Assembly: GCF_001194135.2 (NCBI RefSeq)
Contig: NC_069007.1
Location: 11,106,488-11,170,487, forward strand
Reading direction: 5' to 3'
From: Octopus bimaculoides
Taxonomy: Eukaryota
DNA: 64,000 nucleotides
Shown here: positions 11,960-24,100 of the stretch, piece after piece
Numbering within the stretch: position 1 is the first letter of the stretch
Layout: every line of letters begins with the position of its first letter
The notes under the pieces: model-generated
Database searches by the model: none
Seen by the model: only the letters and a program-made list of their open reading frames with translations
What the model was told of the DNA's origin: nothing
Position numbers and translations under genes: made by a program

Positions 11960-12985
11960 AATCTTGGTAAAGAACATTAGAGAAGTTGTTAACGTTTATC
12001 CAAAATACTAACTTGAATCTCTCGAGGGAAGAGGTATCTCAAGGTCGCTTTTACTAGTCGACATCAAAAAGTGTCTTGCTCTATTATGAAAAAGTGGAAC
12101 TATTTTTAGCACTGATATACTGCCAGAAAGATCCCGGTATATTATCAATAATTATTTGATTGACTCTTCGTTCGAAAACTATGCAAGGCGGAGTATGACT
12201 TGGCAGGATTTGAACACAGAATGTGTGAGGGCGGCAATAATAACAGAAGCTTGGTTCAGACTGGAAAAGGTTAGTGTTCAAAGCTGAGGTGCAAGGGTTT
12301 TTGATGGTAGCACAAGATCAAAGCTTTCCTGTCAGCATTTACTAAATACATACAGTGTAGTGGAGTATAAAACTGTAGAAGTTGTGAAAAGCCTGTGAAG
12401 AAGCAATGAATCATATTATTTCTGACAGGCTGGTCTTACAAAAAGGAGAGCAGATAAACAGACATGACAAAGTTGGATGTTTCAAACACTGGAAACTATG
12501 ACAGCATTATGCGATACACGGAGAAAAAAGTCGATACAAATACACATCACAAAAGGTCTAAGAGCCTGACAAAGTAACTATAGAAACTCTGGGACTGTGA
12601 GATTAAGACATCGTAAGATGACTAAGGGGGTGGAGAAGTCTCCTAATCAATGTATCAATTGCAACAGACGACGAAACTATATCTGTGAAAGAAATGGAGA
12701 ACCATCTAAATAGAAACACCTAAAAATAGATATATGAAAAAATGTGAAGATTGAAAACAGAAAGACTCCTCAGAATAATAGCTGCCTGGAATGATAAAAA
12801 CGACCTGTAGATAAATATATAACGAAAACCACAGAATTGTGGATAAATATATAACGAAAACCGCAGAATTGTAGATAAATTTATTACGAAAATCACGTAA
12901 CTTGCATATATGCAACAGAAGATAGCAGTACCAAACACTGTAAACATATTATGTCGAGTATTTCGGTATTTGCAGTTCATTTAAC
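11960..12985 (+). mobile_element. R4/Dong-clade fragment, heavily decayed
   Basis: QGFLMVAQDQSFP, INRHDKVGCFKHWKL and later RLKTE...KIAVPNTV match the R4 C-terminus; contains a 33-bp triplication (about 12805-12895) and a small SINE B piece (12195-12225). 5' edge uncertain. Confidence 0.7.
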
Positions 12986-13569
12986 GATAACATAATTAGA
13001 TACTGAACTCACTCTGAAGAGTTGTACTACTGGACTTGGACTACAAACGGAAAATAGCATTACTAGACACTTCGCTCAATTTCACTGATATATTACATGG
13101 AGTTATCTTAATATGATAGACACTGCACAGGAAACCCAGAGAAAAGGGGGAAAATAAAGCACAAGTAAAAGATATAGGATAATAATGATGACCATGATAA
13201 CAATAAAAGATTAAAAGTTAAATAAAAAACATGAATAACCAATTCTTTTTTTTCAAATTGGTTAAACGAATAAAATATAAGTATTTCTAAAGTTATATGT
13301 GTATCTGAAAGTAATGTGTAAGAACTCCGCGTTAATTAGAATGAATAAAATCCCTGACAGGTGATGGAAGAAAGTATGTGAAGGTATGAGTAATAGATGA
13401 TTAGTAACTAATAGCTACTAATTATCTATGTGGTTGTGACTTCTTATTTAATAGGAGTTACACAAGAGCCGTAAAATAACAAAAATGTAATATGAATAAG
13501 AGTAAAATGTCATATGTAACGCTTCCTACTTCGAAAAGAAACGTGTTTCATTATTTTGACGTGTGTATG

Positions 13570-14350
13570 AAGAGCCGTGGTGTGACTGAAGTCGCTGATC
13601 TTATTGGGTTATTCACCTGCATATCCCTATGAAGTGCACCTCCAGTTTCTCGGATATCAACAGTCTAGCAGTTTCAAGTATTACGAAACACTCACGTCTT
13701 AGATATATTTAGGAAGAACTTAATAGGAATCAAAGTTTGGGACTTAAACGTAATTATTAACTCCAATTTAACTGTAGTCAAATTTTGGGGCATTGCTTTA
13801 GGCATCAAAACAGGTAAGTATTATTCTCTGCAGAATGCTCAATGAAGAAGCCAAGTGAATTCATCAGAATTCCAACCGTCCCATCTACAGTTAGAAACTC
13901 AATAATCAGAATTAATAGAAAAATCTACAATTTATTCTAAGAAATATCTCTGGAAAGTAATGATTTATTAGAAAGGATTAGCTTTTGTTAGCAGTAAATG
14001 TACACAAAGTATCTCCTAGACACCCCCAGAGCAAGTTAGAATTAAGAATAACTTGGTTCAATCCTCCATTTGACATAGATTTCTTTACGAGCCTAGCAAC
14101 AAACATTTCATCTATTATTAAACACAATTTCCCAAGCACTCATGCATACAACACGCTTTTTAATGCGCTCAAGTTTGAGGGTTGTTATTTCTATTTAGAC
14201 AATATTGCTTTCGGCAAAAAAAATGCATGTATCTATGCAGCCCCTAACCTTGACATTCACTCGAATGTAGAGAATTCAATGCACTTCTCCACTGAGAGAA
14301 TTCTGTCTTTCCAAACTAGTGTTGGTGAGGAACGATACAAGACTTAACCA
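13570..14350 (+). mobile_element. Penelope-like element RT fragment, decayed
   Basis: EVADLIGLF (GAEVCELVGLY-like), DINSLAVS (YRDDGLA-like), NSNLTVVKF...TGKYY, RITWFNPPF...KHNFP. Confidence 0.7.
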
Positions 14351-14989
14351 ACGACTAAAATAAGTTTACTCAGCATATACGTAGTCTGATCAATAAATAT
14401 CCGGACTGTTGATATAATAAAGAAGCTAAAGCACGCAGAGTAAAGCCGCTTGACACAGATTGACCTTCAGCTCTGCTGTGCATGCGCACAAAGTTTTAAC
14501 GTTCTAGCTCACTTCCGCTGTTTACAGCAGTGCTTGGAAGAAATATGGAATAAAACTCGCTACTGAATTTCTCATAAAAAACCTCTATTTTACGTTTAGA
14601 TAATATATTACCTAGAATACTCAGTGGAGAAATCAAAGCATATTTAACAGACTATTATAACATTACAGAAACCATGGCACTAACATATACACCTCTACAA
14701 ATCTAGAAGCTAGTTATTGACAACACTTTTAAGATAGACAACAGAGGAGAATATCTAACCCATGCATATTATTTAAAGACCACAAAAATATTTGTCTTGT
14801 AATTTTAAATCCAGGTTAATTTAAAATCCAAGTAAAATCAGCAGGTATAACGTATACCTATGACACTTAAAATATAAATTCTTGATATGTGTGGGGTTTT
14901 TTTTTTTTTATAGAAGAGGTATAACAATTTTAGAATGGTCTTAATGTATTAGCGACAAGCAATATTATAAATTTTTGTCTATCTGGTTT

Positions 14990-15410
14990 ACAAGATTCTT
15001 TATGTGAATTTGTGTGTTGAAGCATATTTTTTTGTGTCTGAGGAGAGTCATTTTGTATTATCATCTAACACACTTACCGATTCTATTTCCACTCAAGTTA
15101 TATATATTCCAGAATTTTCGTTGCCGCAAGATTCTTTGTGAATTCGTGTGTTGAAGCATATTTTGTTGTGTTTGGGGAGAATCATTTTGTTTGTCTTTAC
15201 GTCTTATCAACTAACACACTCACCGGCTCTATTTCCACTCAAGTTATATATATATATATGTATTCCAGAATTTTCGTTACCGCAAGATTCTTTATATGAA
15301 TTCGTGTGCTGAAGCAACGAAAATTCTGGAAAAAAAATATATATGTAAATAGGTTGAGTGGAATTTAAACCGGTGAGTGTGTTAGCTAATAAGGCGTAAA
15401 GACAAAATGA
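14990..15410. repeat. About 140-bp unit in tandem (about 2.3 copies) followed by an inverted copy
   Basis: GATTCTTT-TGTGAATT-GTGTGTTGAAGCA...CCAGAATTTTCGTT repeated; 15313-15410 is the reverse complement of about 15175-15280. Confidence 0.8.
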
Positions 15411-15697
15411 CTCAGTCTGGTATCGATTTTCTCCCGTCTCTATTTAAATCTCTTCTTCTAAAAGCTTTAGCCATCACTAGTGCCATCTTACTAATCAGCG
15501 ACTCTGAGACTAAAATACGCAAGTGTTGCGCCAACAAAAACAGGGAAGCAGCTCCAGTGTTAGATGCCCGACTATCTATGGAATTTTCCAGCAGAGAAGA
15601 GGTATAAAGGATACTTAAAATTGGCTGTGGAAACCGTCCTGTAGCATACACTCGAGTGAAATTCCTCCCCACTTTATTATATATATGAGAATACGAA

Positions 15698-16770
15698 TGT
15701 AGCTGATAACAGCTAACTTTTGGCCGCTATTTGGACCCGTTGTGTCCACTACTCTGATTGGTTGGTATTGGCGCAATTTGTCTCTTACTCTATCGTGCCA
15801 TTATGCAGCGTATAACCAATCAGAGCCCCTAAATAAGATCACGTGAGACAGCTTGTTCATAATCCAATTTGAGCCTACTACAACATCCATTCGATAGAAC
15901 ACTCGTAAAAGGCTGAAGACCACATATATGTTTTTGTCTGTCCCCTCTATGTATCCTATTTATTAGGAATAAAAAGAAAATCTTTGTTGCAGACCTCTTA
16001 AGGTCTAGCCACTGACCACACAAGTCACAGCCAGTTGCAGCGACAACACCCATCCAACAGCAAAACGCCCAGGTTTCAACACAGTACTGTTCATGAATTA
16101 TACTTCCTCATGGTTTAACAGCAAAGATACAACCTGCGAGCCAGACGACAGCACCCGTCCAACAGCATTACGACAATCTCTTTCTTCGTCGTCAGCATCA
16201 TCTCTCGTCATAAACGTCGTCAACATCATCTCTCTACTTACACAGCAATAATGCACAGGTTTCTACACAGTACTGTTCGTGAATTATACTTTACCATGGT
16301 TAACCGCGAATATACAACCTGCGAGAACGGTACTATGTAACCCAGGCAGCAGCATTACAGCCACAACTTCATACGACATGTACTGAAACTCCGGCTCTGC
16401 ATCATCGCCACAACTTCTTGATACAGTATTTCGATCACCGTGTACAATTGACTACGAGCTGGTATTTCTCATTCTTGTGTCTATGAACATTCGTCTAACT
16501 TCTCACTATAGACTCTCACTGTCATTGCTATTCTTATATGTACTTAACGCACACGCATACATACATGCCTACACACCCATACACTTTGTTCTCATGACGG
16601 CCTGTTTATTATTCTGTATACATGATACACACACAGACACGCAAGTTAACATATTAATAAGTTTTCTCTCAAACATTCTACTTGATTGTGTCTCTCTCTT
16701 TTCCAACTGGCACATTATATTTAGTATTCCAGCCTTCTAAACAGAGCCGTTATTAGATGGTTTCACCACA
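15698..16770 (+). mobile_element. Possible 5' LTR of the downstream Gypsy element
   Basis: Starts TGTAG, holds paired CCAAT boxes, TCACGTGA and an internal ~75-bp direct repeat, and lies just upstream of a PBS. No second LTR to confirm. Confidence 0.3.
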
Positions 16771-16790
16771 CTTCCATGACCATCTAAAGT

Positions 16791-18647
16791 TGGTGACCCG
16801 ACGTAGAACACGCAGCATGGTCCACCATCTAAAATGGTGAACCGACTTAGAACACGCACCACACCACAATCTTGAAGCGAGACGAAGGAGAAACAGATAA
16901 CAAACATGCGCACGCGTAGATAATTCCTAACATTGAAGTGGATAATGTTTACAGCAAAAGAGCGTACGGATGCATTGACTTAATAATGTCTTGCAGACTG
17001 CAATGTGAGTTTCAAATTTTGAATGGAGATTCATCATCACAATGTTATTGTAAACGAATGAAACCACATGGAGGAAAATTGGATGAATTATGTGAAACGT
17101 TTAAGATCTTTTGCAGCCAACGATGAGGAAGACTACAGTAAGAAACGAACAATACTATTGTCTGAGTTGATGTAAAGTTTATTAAATTCTTTGTGGTCTA
17201 ACCAATGATAAACCAGGTGAAAAAAGCATTTGACGAACTCTCTTTGCTCACGGAGTAACGCCCTCCACCAATGAAATTCATGAAGAGATTTTTCACCATT
17301 TTAGAGTCAGAACAGACCAACAAACCGTCAGCCAGTATGTTTCAACACTTTGAAGAAAACATCCGGTTTGAATAAATATAACAACAACGACTCCTCACAG
17401 AAAAGACACTGACCGCTGATAATCGAATAAACCACAAAACATTCCAGGAACATCCTGAATGTGCAAGTTTTACTAGATGAAAACTCCATTCATAAACTGC
17501 CAGGGAAATGCAAATGCTACCGTTGTTGAAATACCTTCAATCTGTGTGTCCTTTTAAAAATAAGTTATGTTTCCGCTGCATGTATATCGGACATACACGC
17601 TGAAAATGTAGGCAGTCCGGTGAGAAAAAGAAGGATCGCATAAAAACTTTAGTGAATCACATAAATGAGAAGATGGTTGGTGAAAGGTGGGACAAATAAA
17701 ACAATGGAAATGTTGGAACTGTATGCAATGGGTGGCTCATGCTCACTGCTGGTACAGATGAAAGCATTGGTGAATAATCGGTGATGGATGTAGGTACAGA
17801 TGCTTAGTGAAGAATTTGAAGAATTTCAAGAAACTGCATGATTTGGGTTTGCAAGAGTTGTCGGTAAGGTTAATGACGTAAATGGGAGAGTTGGCGAAAC
17901 CGTGTGGTATGAGTGACGTTGATGTGTTGCACAAAGGAAGGGAAAGCCGGTGACCACAACTGGTTGTTGAAGGCATGGTTCCCACGCTGTTGGGTAGAAA
18001 TTGGATGATGAAAGTAAATTAAAATTAGGGAGACATATTTCTTTTGATAGGGAAAAAGATGCCATTTACATCGAAAGTGTTTCTAGTGGAATTTGGATCA
18101 ATATTTAGCGGCAAGGTAGCTGCTAAAAGGATTTTTAGGAAAAGTCACCTGTTGATAAGACAGCAACATCACGATTCTGTAAAGTTCGTCCTGTGCCTTA
18201 TTCATTAAAAGAGCTGAGTACGCTCGTTGGGCTTTATGCGTTGTTCCAATTCCCATAGAAGATTACTGGTACTGTTAAATTATGTGGGGACTATAAAAGA
18301 ACCACAAATACGTCTGCACCTTGTGACGCATATCAAACCGCACGACTTGAGGATTTATTGTTTACCGTAGAAGGATATGAAAATCTAGCAAACTTCATTT
18401 GAATTATGTATGCCAGTAACTTGATTTCGACGACAAAACACAAGAACTGCATTTTATTAATGCTGAGAGTGGTCTTTACCAATGCACTCACTTGCAATTC
18501 GAGGTACAGGTATCTTCAATGGGAAATGGATAAAAGGCTGAAGTATATTCCCTTCTGTACAATGTGGATAGATGATGTTTCAGGAATTAGTGATACTGGT
18601 CACATTATGACTCCTCGCAGAGCATTGGATAAAGCAGGACTTAAATT
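16791..18647 (+). mobile_element. Ty3/Gypsy LTR retrotransposon remnant (PBS, gag zinc knuckle, protease, RT), 3'-truncated
   Basis: PBS TGGTGACCCGACGT (complementary to the tRNA-Trp 3' end with one gap); CFRCMYIGHTR*KC knuckle; TLLGRNW; FCKVRPVPYSL; KLCGDYK; WIDD for YLDD; multiple stops. Confidence 0.85.
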
Positions 18648-18850
18648 AAACACTCACAACGCCCGGTCTAAAGCTCCACGAGGCTCCGGCAGGGGGTGGT
18701 GGCGAACCCTGCTGTACCCTTCCTCTCACTCTTTCTTCCTGTTTCTGTTGTACCTGTATGTCAAAGGGCCAGCCTTGTCACACACTATGTCACTCTGAAT
18801 CTCTCCAAGAACCACCTGGAACCCGCGTCGTCGTAACCGACGTAGTTCCA
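18648..18850 (+). mobile_element. Family E SINE, 5'-truncated with short 5' inversion
   Basis: Body matches 43120-43400; 18648-18669 is the reverse complement of the head segment seen at 43085-43106. Confidence 0.8.
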
Positions 18851-19139
18851 CTAAATATATATATATATTGTGTCTAGGGAGAAACCTTATACCAATATAA
18901 TTAATACATACGCTTCAATTTCACTCATTTATTAAATATCTGGTTGTTTTTGTTTGTCAAAGCTCTTGCAACGAAAGAACTTTATATAATATATAATATG
19001 TGTGCGTGTATGTGTGTATTCCAGCAGAGAAAGGGATATGAAATGAGCTTGGAACTGATGTGGAGAGGGAGTGGCCATTTTGATGCACGGCTTAATGAGA
19101 AACGAGTTGTGTTGCAGATTCAGCATTATTTTGCTGCCT

Positions 19140-19320
19140 CCAAGGAAGCGTAAAATGGGGTTGAATTATGCGAAACATTCATATTTTAGACTATTTTCAT
19201 GAAAAATATCCTTTCTGACAAAGAAATATTCATAGAGACGATGGGCTCTGAGCCTGACTCAGTAGGAACGGTTGAGAATTAGATAGGCTTAGAAAAGATA
19301 TCATAATATTAATAACTTAG
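19140..19320 (+). mobile_element. Penelope-like RT fragment (catalytic region)
   Basis: NGVELCE followed by HRDDGL...ELDRLRKDII. Confidence 0.65.
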
Positions 19321-20939
19321 CTGGTTCTTTAGTGTAGCTCTGTCCCTGGTATAATTACAATTTCTTGGTTCCAATGAATCGTATATAAACAGTGGAAATA
19401 AATACAAAAAAAAAAAAAGAGTTGCAACTAACTGCTACATTTTATTCAACCGCTGAATGAATCGGTGCTGCAAACGTTGATACATCTTGAATGATGATGT
19501 CTGAAGAAAATATACATATTTGTATCTCATTCAGAACAGGAACAGAAGTACATGACATGACTTCAACAGAGCGCTCTGTTTATAAGCGTAATGGCCACAT
19601 GTAATGCGTCAAGGCTACTAGGAAATCACTCTCCTCTCTTTATCGAGATCCGAACTCAACCATGTCTACCAACCTCACTGAAGAAAAGTGAGTGCTATCT
19701 AAGCATGCAGGTAGATTCCAGCGAGCAAACATAATATTGTCGCGTAGGTTGGTCTGTCACGTATTGGGAATGGATAGACCTTGTAAAACCAGGACTCAAT
19801 CGCTGTGTACACCATCACGTGGCCAGGTCATTCGACCACTTGTAGAAAACACTGCGTTCGAGCCAATCTCCCTATATTTAAGGCTAGGCAGCCGAATGAT
19901 GAACACTTCTGCTGCAATACTTTTAAGAACTACAGTTAATGTTACAATTAGCGTAGTTTAACAGTTATATTTATTACTCACTCCTTTAAGCTTAGAATAC
20001 AAATAAATACCACCCTAACCGAAAACCCAATGGAAATTTTTTTTATATAAATAAGAATTCCAATCACGTGCTAATTGTTTTACGAAATTTAATTCCTGAT
20101 ATTGGTAAATGTACGTATTTCTTAAGTTTTCTGGTGAAGCCACGTTTATGAATTCTCCATTAAGTTAATGAAGATCTTCGCAATAATGGCCTTTCAGATA
20201 GAATACAATATATTACCCACGCTACTGTCTAAAAGTAAGAATAGACCAAGATACATTCTGTGGTATAATCTAATCAGTTGAAGTGCAAGAATAAAATGTC
20301 CTTAACGTAAGCACTTTTCAATTTTCGATAACACAAAAGTAGTGTGTGAGAGCATTTCTTTTTATAAGCAAACATAAAAGCATCGAGTGAGTAGATATTT
20401 GTGTCAGGAATCGTTTAAGCTCAGTGGTACAAAAGTGCTCAGCAAGATTTTGAGGGTAAAGAGTTTGATTCTATGTAGCAGCTGCTAGCCAATATTTTCC
20501 TGTCTGTTGCTTGATATGCAAAAGATTATTTTTACAGCTATTTTCCTGCATTCTAGCTTTCCTTGATTTCTATCAATAGTAATATTTCAATTTTCATATT
20601 GGGTTAATTGAAAACAAATTGGATTTGCGATGATACTTCATATCCATTTTTTTGAGCTTCAAAAATGTTTTTTCGTTTTAAAAAAAGTTTATCCAACTAC
20701 ATTTGGTTTCTTAATTTAGTCCATTCAAGTTCAAAGTAAAATAATTTATTTGTGGTCACTGTCGTTTAAGTAAGCATTACCTCCTTCCAATAGAACATAC
20801 GTTGCAAATTGTTTAATTCTGAAGCTCCAACTCATTAGTGTATCATTTCTGTTGAATGCATTTGTCTTAAAAAAAACAGATACCCAAAACTGCAGCACCA
20901 AGCGCTTCAACTGGTCGCATACCACAAGGTTTAACAGAA

Positions 20940-21920
20940 TCTACTGAAGCCAACATGCTCGCAGCATTACCACAGGCGATGGCGAGGCTAGGGCATTGGG
21001 AAAGCCAAGCGCCTTCACGTGCTTCGCCTGACCTCGGTGAGGCGAGCTGCCAACGTTGACAAGAACTTCGTAGTTAGTGGCCCAGTCCCTCCTAACGTCT
21101 CAAACGCCACAGGTTGGAAGAGATAGTTCACTGTCAGATCCCGATACTTCAAGGTTTTTTTCCGTTCGGCTCCGGAAGCAGTGACCCTCCCATTAAGTGC
21201 AGCATCCAAGACATGGGAGGAAGCAAAGGAGTCGCAGAGTGAAGCGATCAGCATTCAGGCGGTAAGACAGACTGTGAAGACCTGTAGGGTTGAGGGGCTT
21301 ACCACAGCAGCATCTCAGTCCCCTACAGATGTCAGCTCCCACTCTGAGTGCAATGGAGATGCGGAATTCATCTAGACTGAGTAGACCTCTAATGTTGGCC
21401 CGGGCAGGGCATCAAACCAGTTCCCCGAGAATTTTGCTCTAGAAAGTAGGTGACACCTCGAAAATTGATCAGATCGATCAAGGAGAGAGTTGAAAGTGGC
21501 ACCTGAACGCAGATTGTCCTATTGTTTCCGTCTATCCTCAGTTGTAATAGGAACTGACAAACCCAGCTCTCTCCACTGTAACTGAGCTTCATCCATCTCA
21601 CTGTTGGAATTAATCCATATTGGAGAGAGGAAGATGTTGCCTACCGAAGGGGGGGCAAGCGTGGATGGAGGAAAGAAAACAGGGAAGAGATAAAGACGAG
21701 CATTTGCGCAGGCATAGACCCCCCAAACCGTTTGGTCAAAGCAGCCTGGTCGCGGGACTCTGGGGAAGAGTTTGACATTGACCAAGCATTCTAGTTTGCT
21801 GAAGATTAGGTCGTCAAAGTACTGGTGGGACGACATGAATTTATATGAGGGACTAACTCTCAGAAAATACAATAGCTTAGGAATTGACGAGTAATTCCTA
21901 AGTAAAAAGAGAAAAGAAAA
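20940..21920 (-). mobile_element. CRE-clade non-LTR retrotransposon, 3' half (post-RT and RLE), decayed
   Basis: LLRNYSSIPKLLYFLRVSP...; CDSFASSHV...AERKKTLKYRDL..YLFQPVAFETLG..G; terminal IACGNAAS. Confidence 0.8.
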
Positions 21921-23518
21921 ANNNNNNNNNNNNNNNNNNNNNNNNNNNNNNNNNNNNNNNNNNNNNNNNNNNNNNNNNNNNNNNNNNNNNNNNNNNNNNN
22001 NNNNNNNNNNNNNNNNNNNNNNNNNNNNNNNNNNNNNNNNNNNNNNNNNNNNNNNNNNNNNNNNNNNNNNNNNNNNNNNNNNNNNNNNNNNNNNNNNNNN
22101 NNNNNNNNNNNNNNNNNNNNNNNNNNNNNNNNNNNNNNNNNNNNNNNNNNNNNNNNNNNNNNNNNNNNNNNNNNNNNNNNNNNNNNNNNNNNNNNNNNNN
22201 NNNNNNNNNNNNNNNNNNNNNNNNNNNNNNNNNNNNNNNNNNNNNNNNNNNNNNNNNNNNNNNNNNNNNNNNNNNNNNNNNNNNNNNNNNNNNNNNNNNN
22301 NNNNNNNNNNNNNNNNNNNNNNNNNNNNNNNNNNNNNNNNNNNNNNNNNNNNNNNNNNNNNNNNNNNNNNNNNNNNNNNNNNNNNNNNNNNNNNNNNNNN
22401 NNNNNNNNNNNNNNNNNNNNNNNNNNNNNNNNNNNNNNNNNNNNNNNNNNNNNNNNNNNNNNNNNNNNNNNNNNNNNNNNNNNNNNNNNNNNNNNNNNNN
22501 NNNNNNNNNNNNNNNNNNNNNNNNNNNNNNNNNNNNNNNNNNNNNNNNNNNNNNNNNNNNNNNNNNNNNNNNNNNNNNNNNNNNNNNNNNNNNNNNNNNN
22601 NNNNNNNNNNNNNNNNNNNNNNNNNNNNNNNNNNNNNNNNNNNNNNNNNNNNNNNNNNNNNNNNNNNNNNNNNNNAGGGACGCCTGAGGCAAGATGGCTA
22701 CCGAAAACACCCACAAGATGTGGCACAAATATATACAATTGTGAGATACATGCATGCATGTACAAAAGAATTGACATTGACAAACAACCGTGATGACAAC
22801 TGTCCAGGAAACTGGAATCACGCGATGTAAAGTCTGATTTTTTTTTCCTGAAAAGAAAGAAAATGTTCAATAGGAAAAACACTGAATTTTTCCAATGAAA
22901 CACAATAAGTTAAACATAAATAGTCTTTGCCAGTTTCTTTGGCCAATGCACTGTCCTGCCAGATCTAGTGACATAAGGGTCACTNNNNNNNNNNAGTTTC
23001 TTTGGCCAATGCACTGTCCTGCCAGATCTAGTGACATAAGGGTCACTTGAGTTTCGTCGCAACGACGAAGGTGGAGTGATTTCCGGTGTATGTTCTTGCG
23101 ATTGTGTTGATGTATGGATTGGTAAAAATGTTGACAGTGGTGTGTGTGGTGGTAATGATGTTGACAGTGGTGTGTGCGGTGTTTGAAAAACGGGCACGTC
23201 GTCCACGGAAGTTGAGGGTTTTTCAAGGTACGCTCTTTTCAGACGGTCGACAGACACAACCTCTGTACGACCATTAGCGTCGATCTGGAAAAACTTTGGA
23301 GTGCGNNNNNNNNNNCATGTGAGAGAGCTCTGTTGGACGTCTTGGCTCGACGGAGATCAGTCAACGAAGAGAATGAAAAGAGCGGGAACGTTTTAGAAGT
23401 TGAACTCTGCGCATGAGACTCTTCTCGTGTTCCTTCCGGAACTAGTCCCTGCGCATGCGTGGATAAGCTTTCCGTAAAGTGAACAATAATAGTCGTCTCC
23501 TATTAGAGCGTCATTACA
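21921..23518 (-). mobile_element. Gypsy (CsRN1-like) element nested in the CRE element, mostly collapsed or in gaps
   Basis: LTR-like start TGTAATGAC at 23518; integrase C-terminus RTEVVSVDRLKRAYL...YVTRSGRTVHWPKKL (22910-23305); the far end lies in gap 21921-22676. Confidence 0.75.
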
Positions 23519-24100
23519 AAGGTTTTTAAAGTTATTCGAGGTTAGCCATTTTGGATTGAAAGTTGGACTCGAAAGCTAGGTCAGTAATTGGCGCTCAGAG
23601 GGAGCACCACATTGATGAAGGAGGATTTGCGATTGAGTGGAGGGAGTCAATAGTTTAGTAGTCTGCTAATGTGAGGCTGGGTGGTTAAGGAGCCAGAGCT
23701 CGCATTTAGAGCCGCTAACGCTAAGACTTTTAAGACCAAGTTCCTTGATCATCATCCTTGTAGTTGCAAGTACCTTGTTAGGAGAGCCTCTCAAACAAGC
23801 ATCATCGAGGGACCAGACACTTAGGTCTAGGTCAGCTCCCATCTTGGTAATATTATCAATACCTAATGCGAATAGGGTTACCAGAGGAAGATGGGATGAA
23901 ATGATCACCAAAGGAGAGGTAGGAGGGCTCCCGATAGGCTTGCGAAACAAAGTGATGACGTCCCGACTGATGAGTTGACTCCCCTAGAATGTGATGGAGG
24001 TGGTGGGGAGCGAGAGAACGAAGGCTGGTAGGGTGTGACGAAATCTTTAAACCATGCTGGTCTCCTGGTTACTTGTTGCATGGCTCAAAGCTTTTTAATT
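23519..24100 (-). mobile_element. CRE-clade RT fragment, upstream half of the 20940-21920 element
   Basis: FVSQAYREPSYLSFGD, TLFALGIDNI...WSLDDACLRG..., SGSKCEL, APITDLAFESNFQSKMANLE. Confidence 0.8.

Noticed and set aside
15412-15672. Minus-strand ORF ending DLNRDGRKSIPD, EF-hand-like
   Set aside because: Loop position 8 is Lys rather than hydrophobic, there is no partner EF hand or exiting helix, and no convincing gene context.
19400-19990. Hydrophobic GPCR-like reading on the minus strand
   Set aside because: Multiple stops, wrong Cys-to-DRY spacing and no splice support.
20460-20890. Possible hAT transposase remnant, partly repeated at 26445-26500
   Set aside because: It is repetitive, but the translation is too decayed to assign.
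22930-23045. Exact ~55-bp duplication in the Gypsy tail
   Set aside because: It straddles a 10-N join, typical of unmerged contig overlap.
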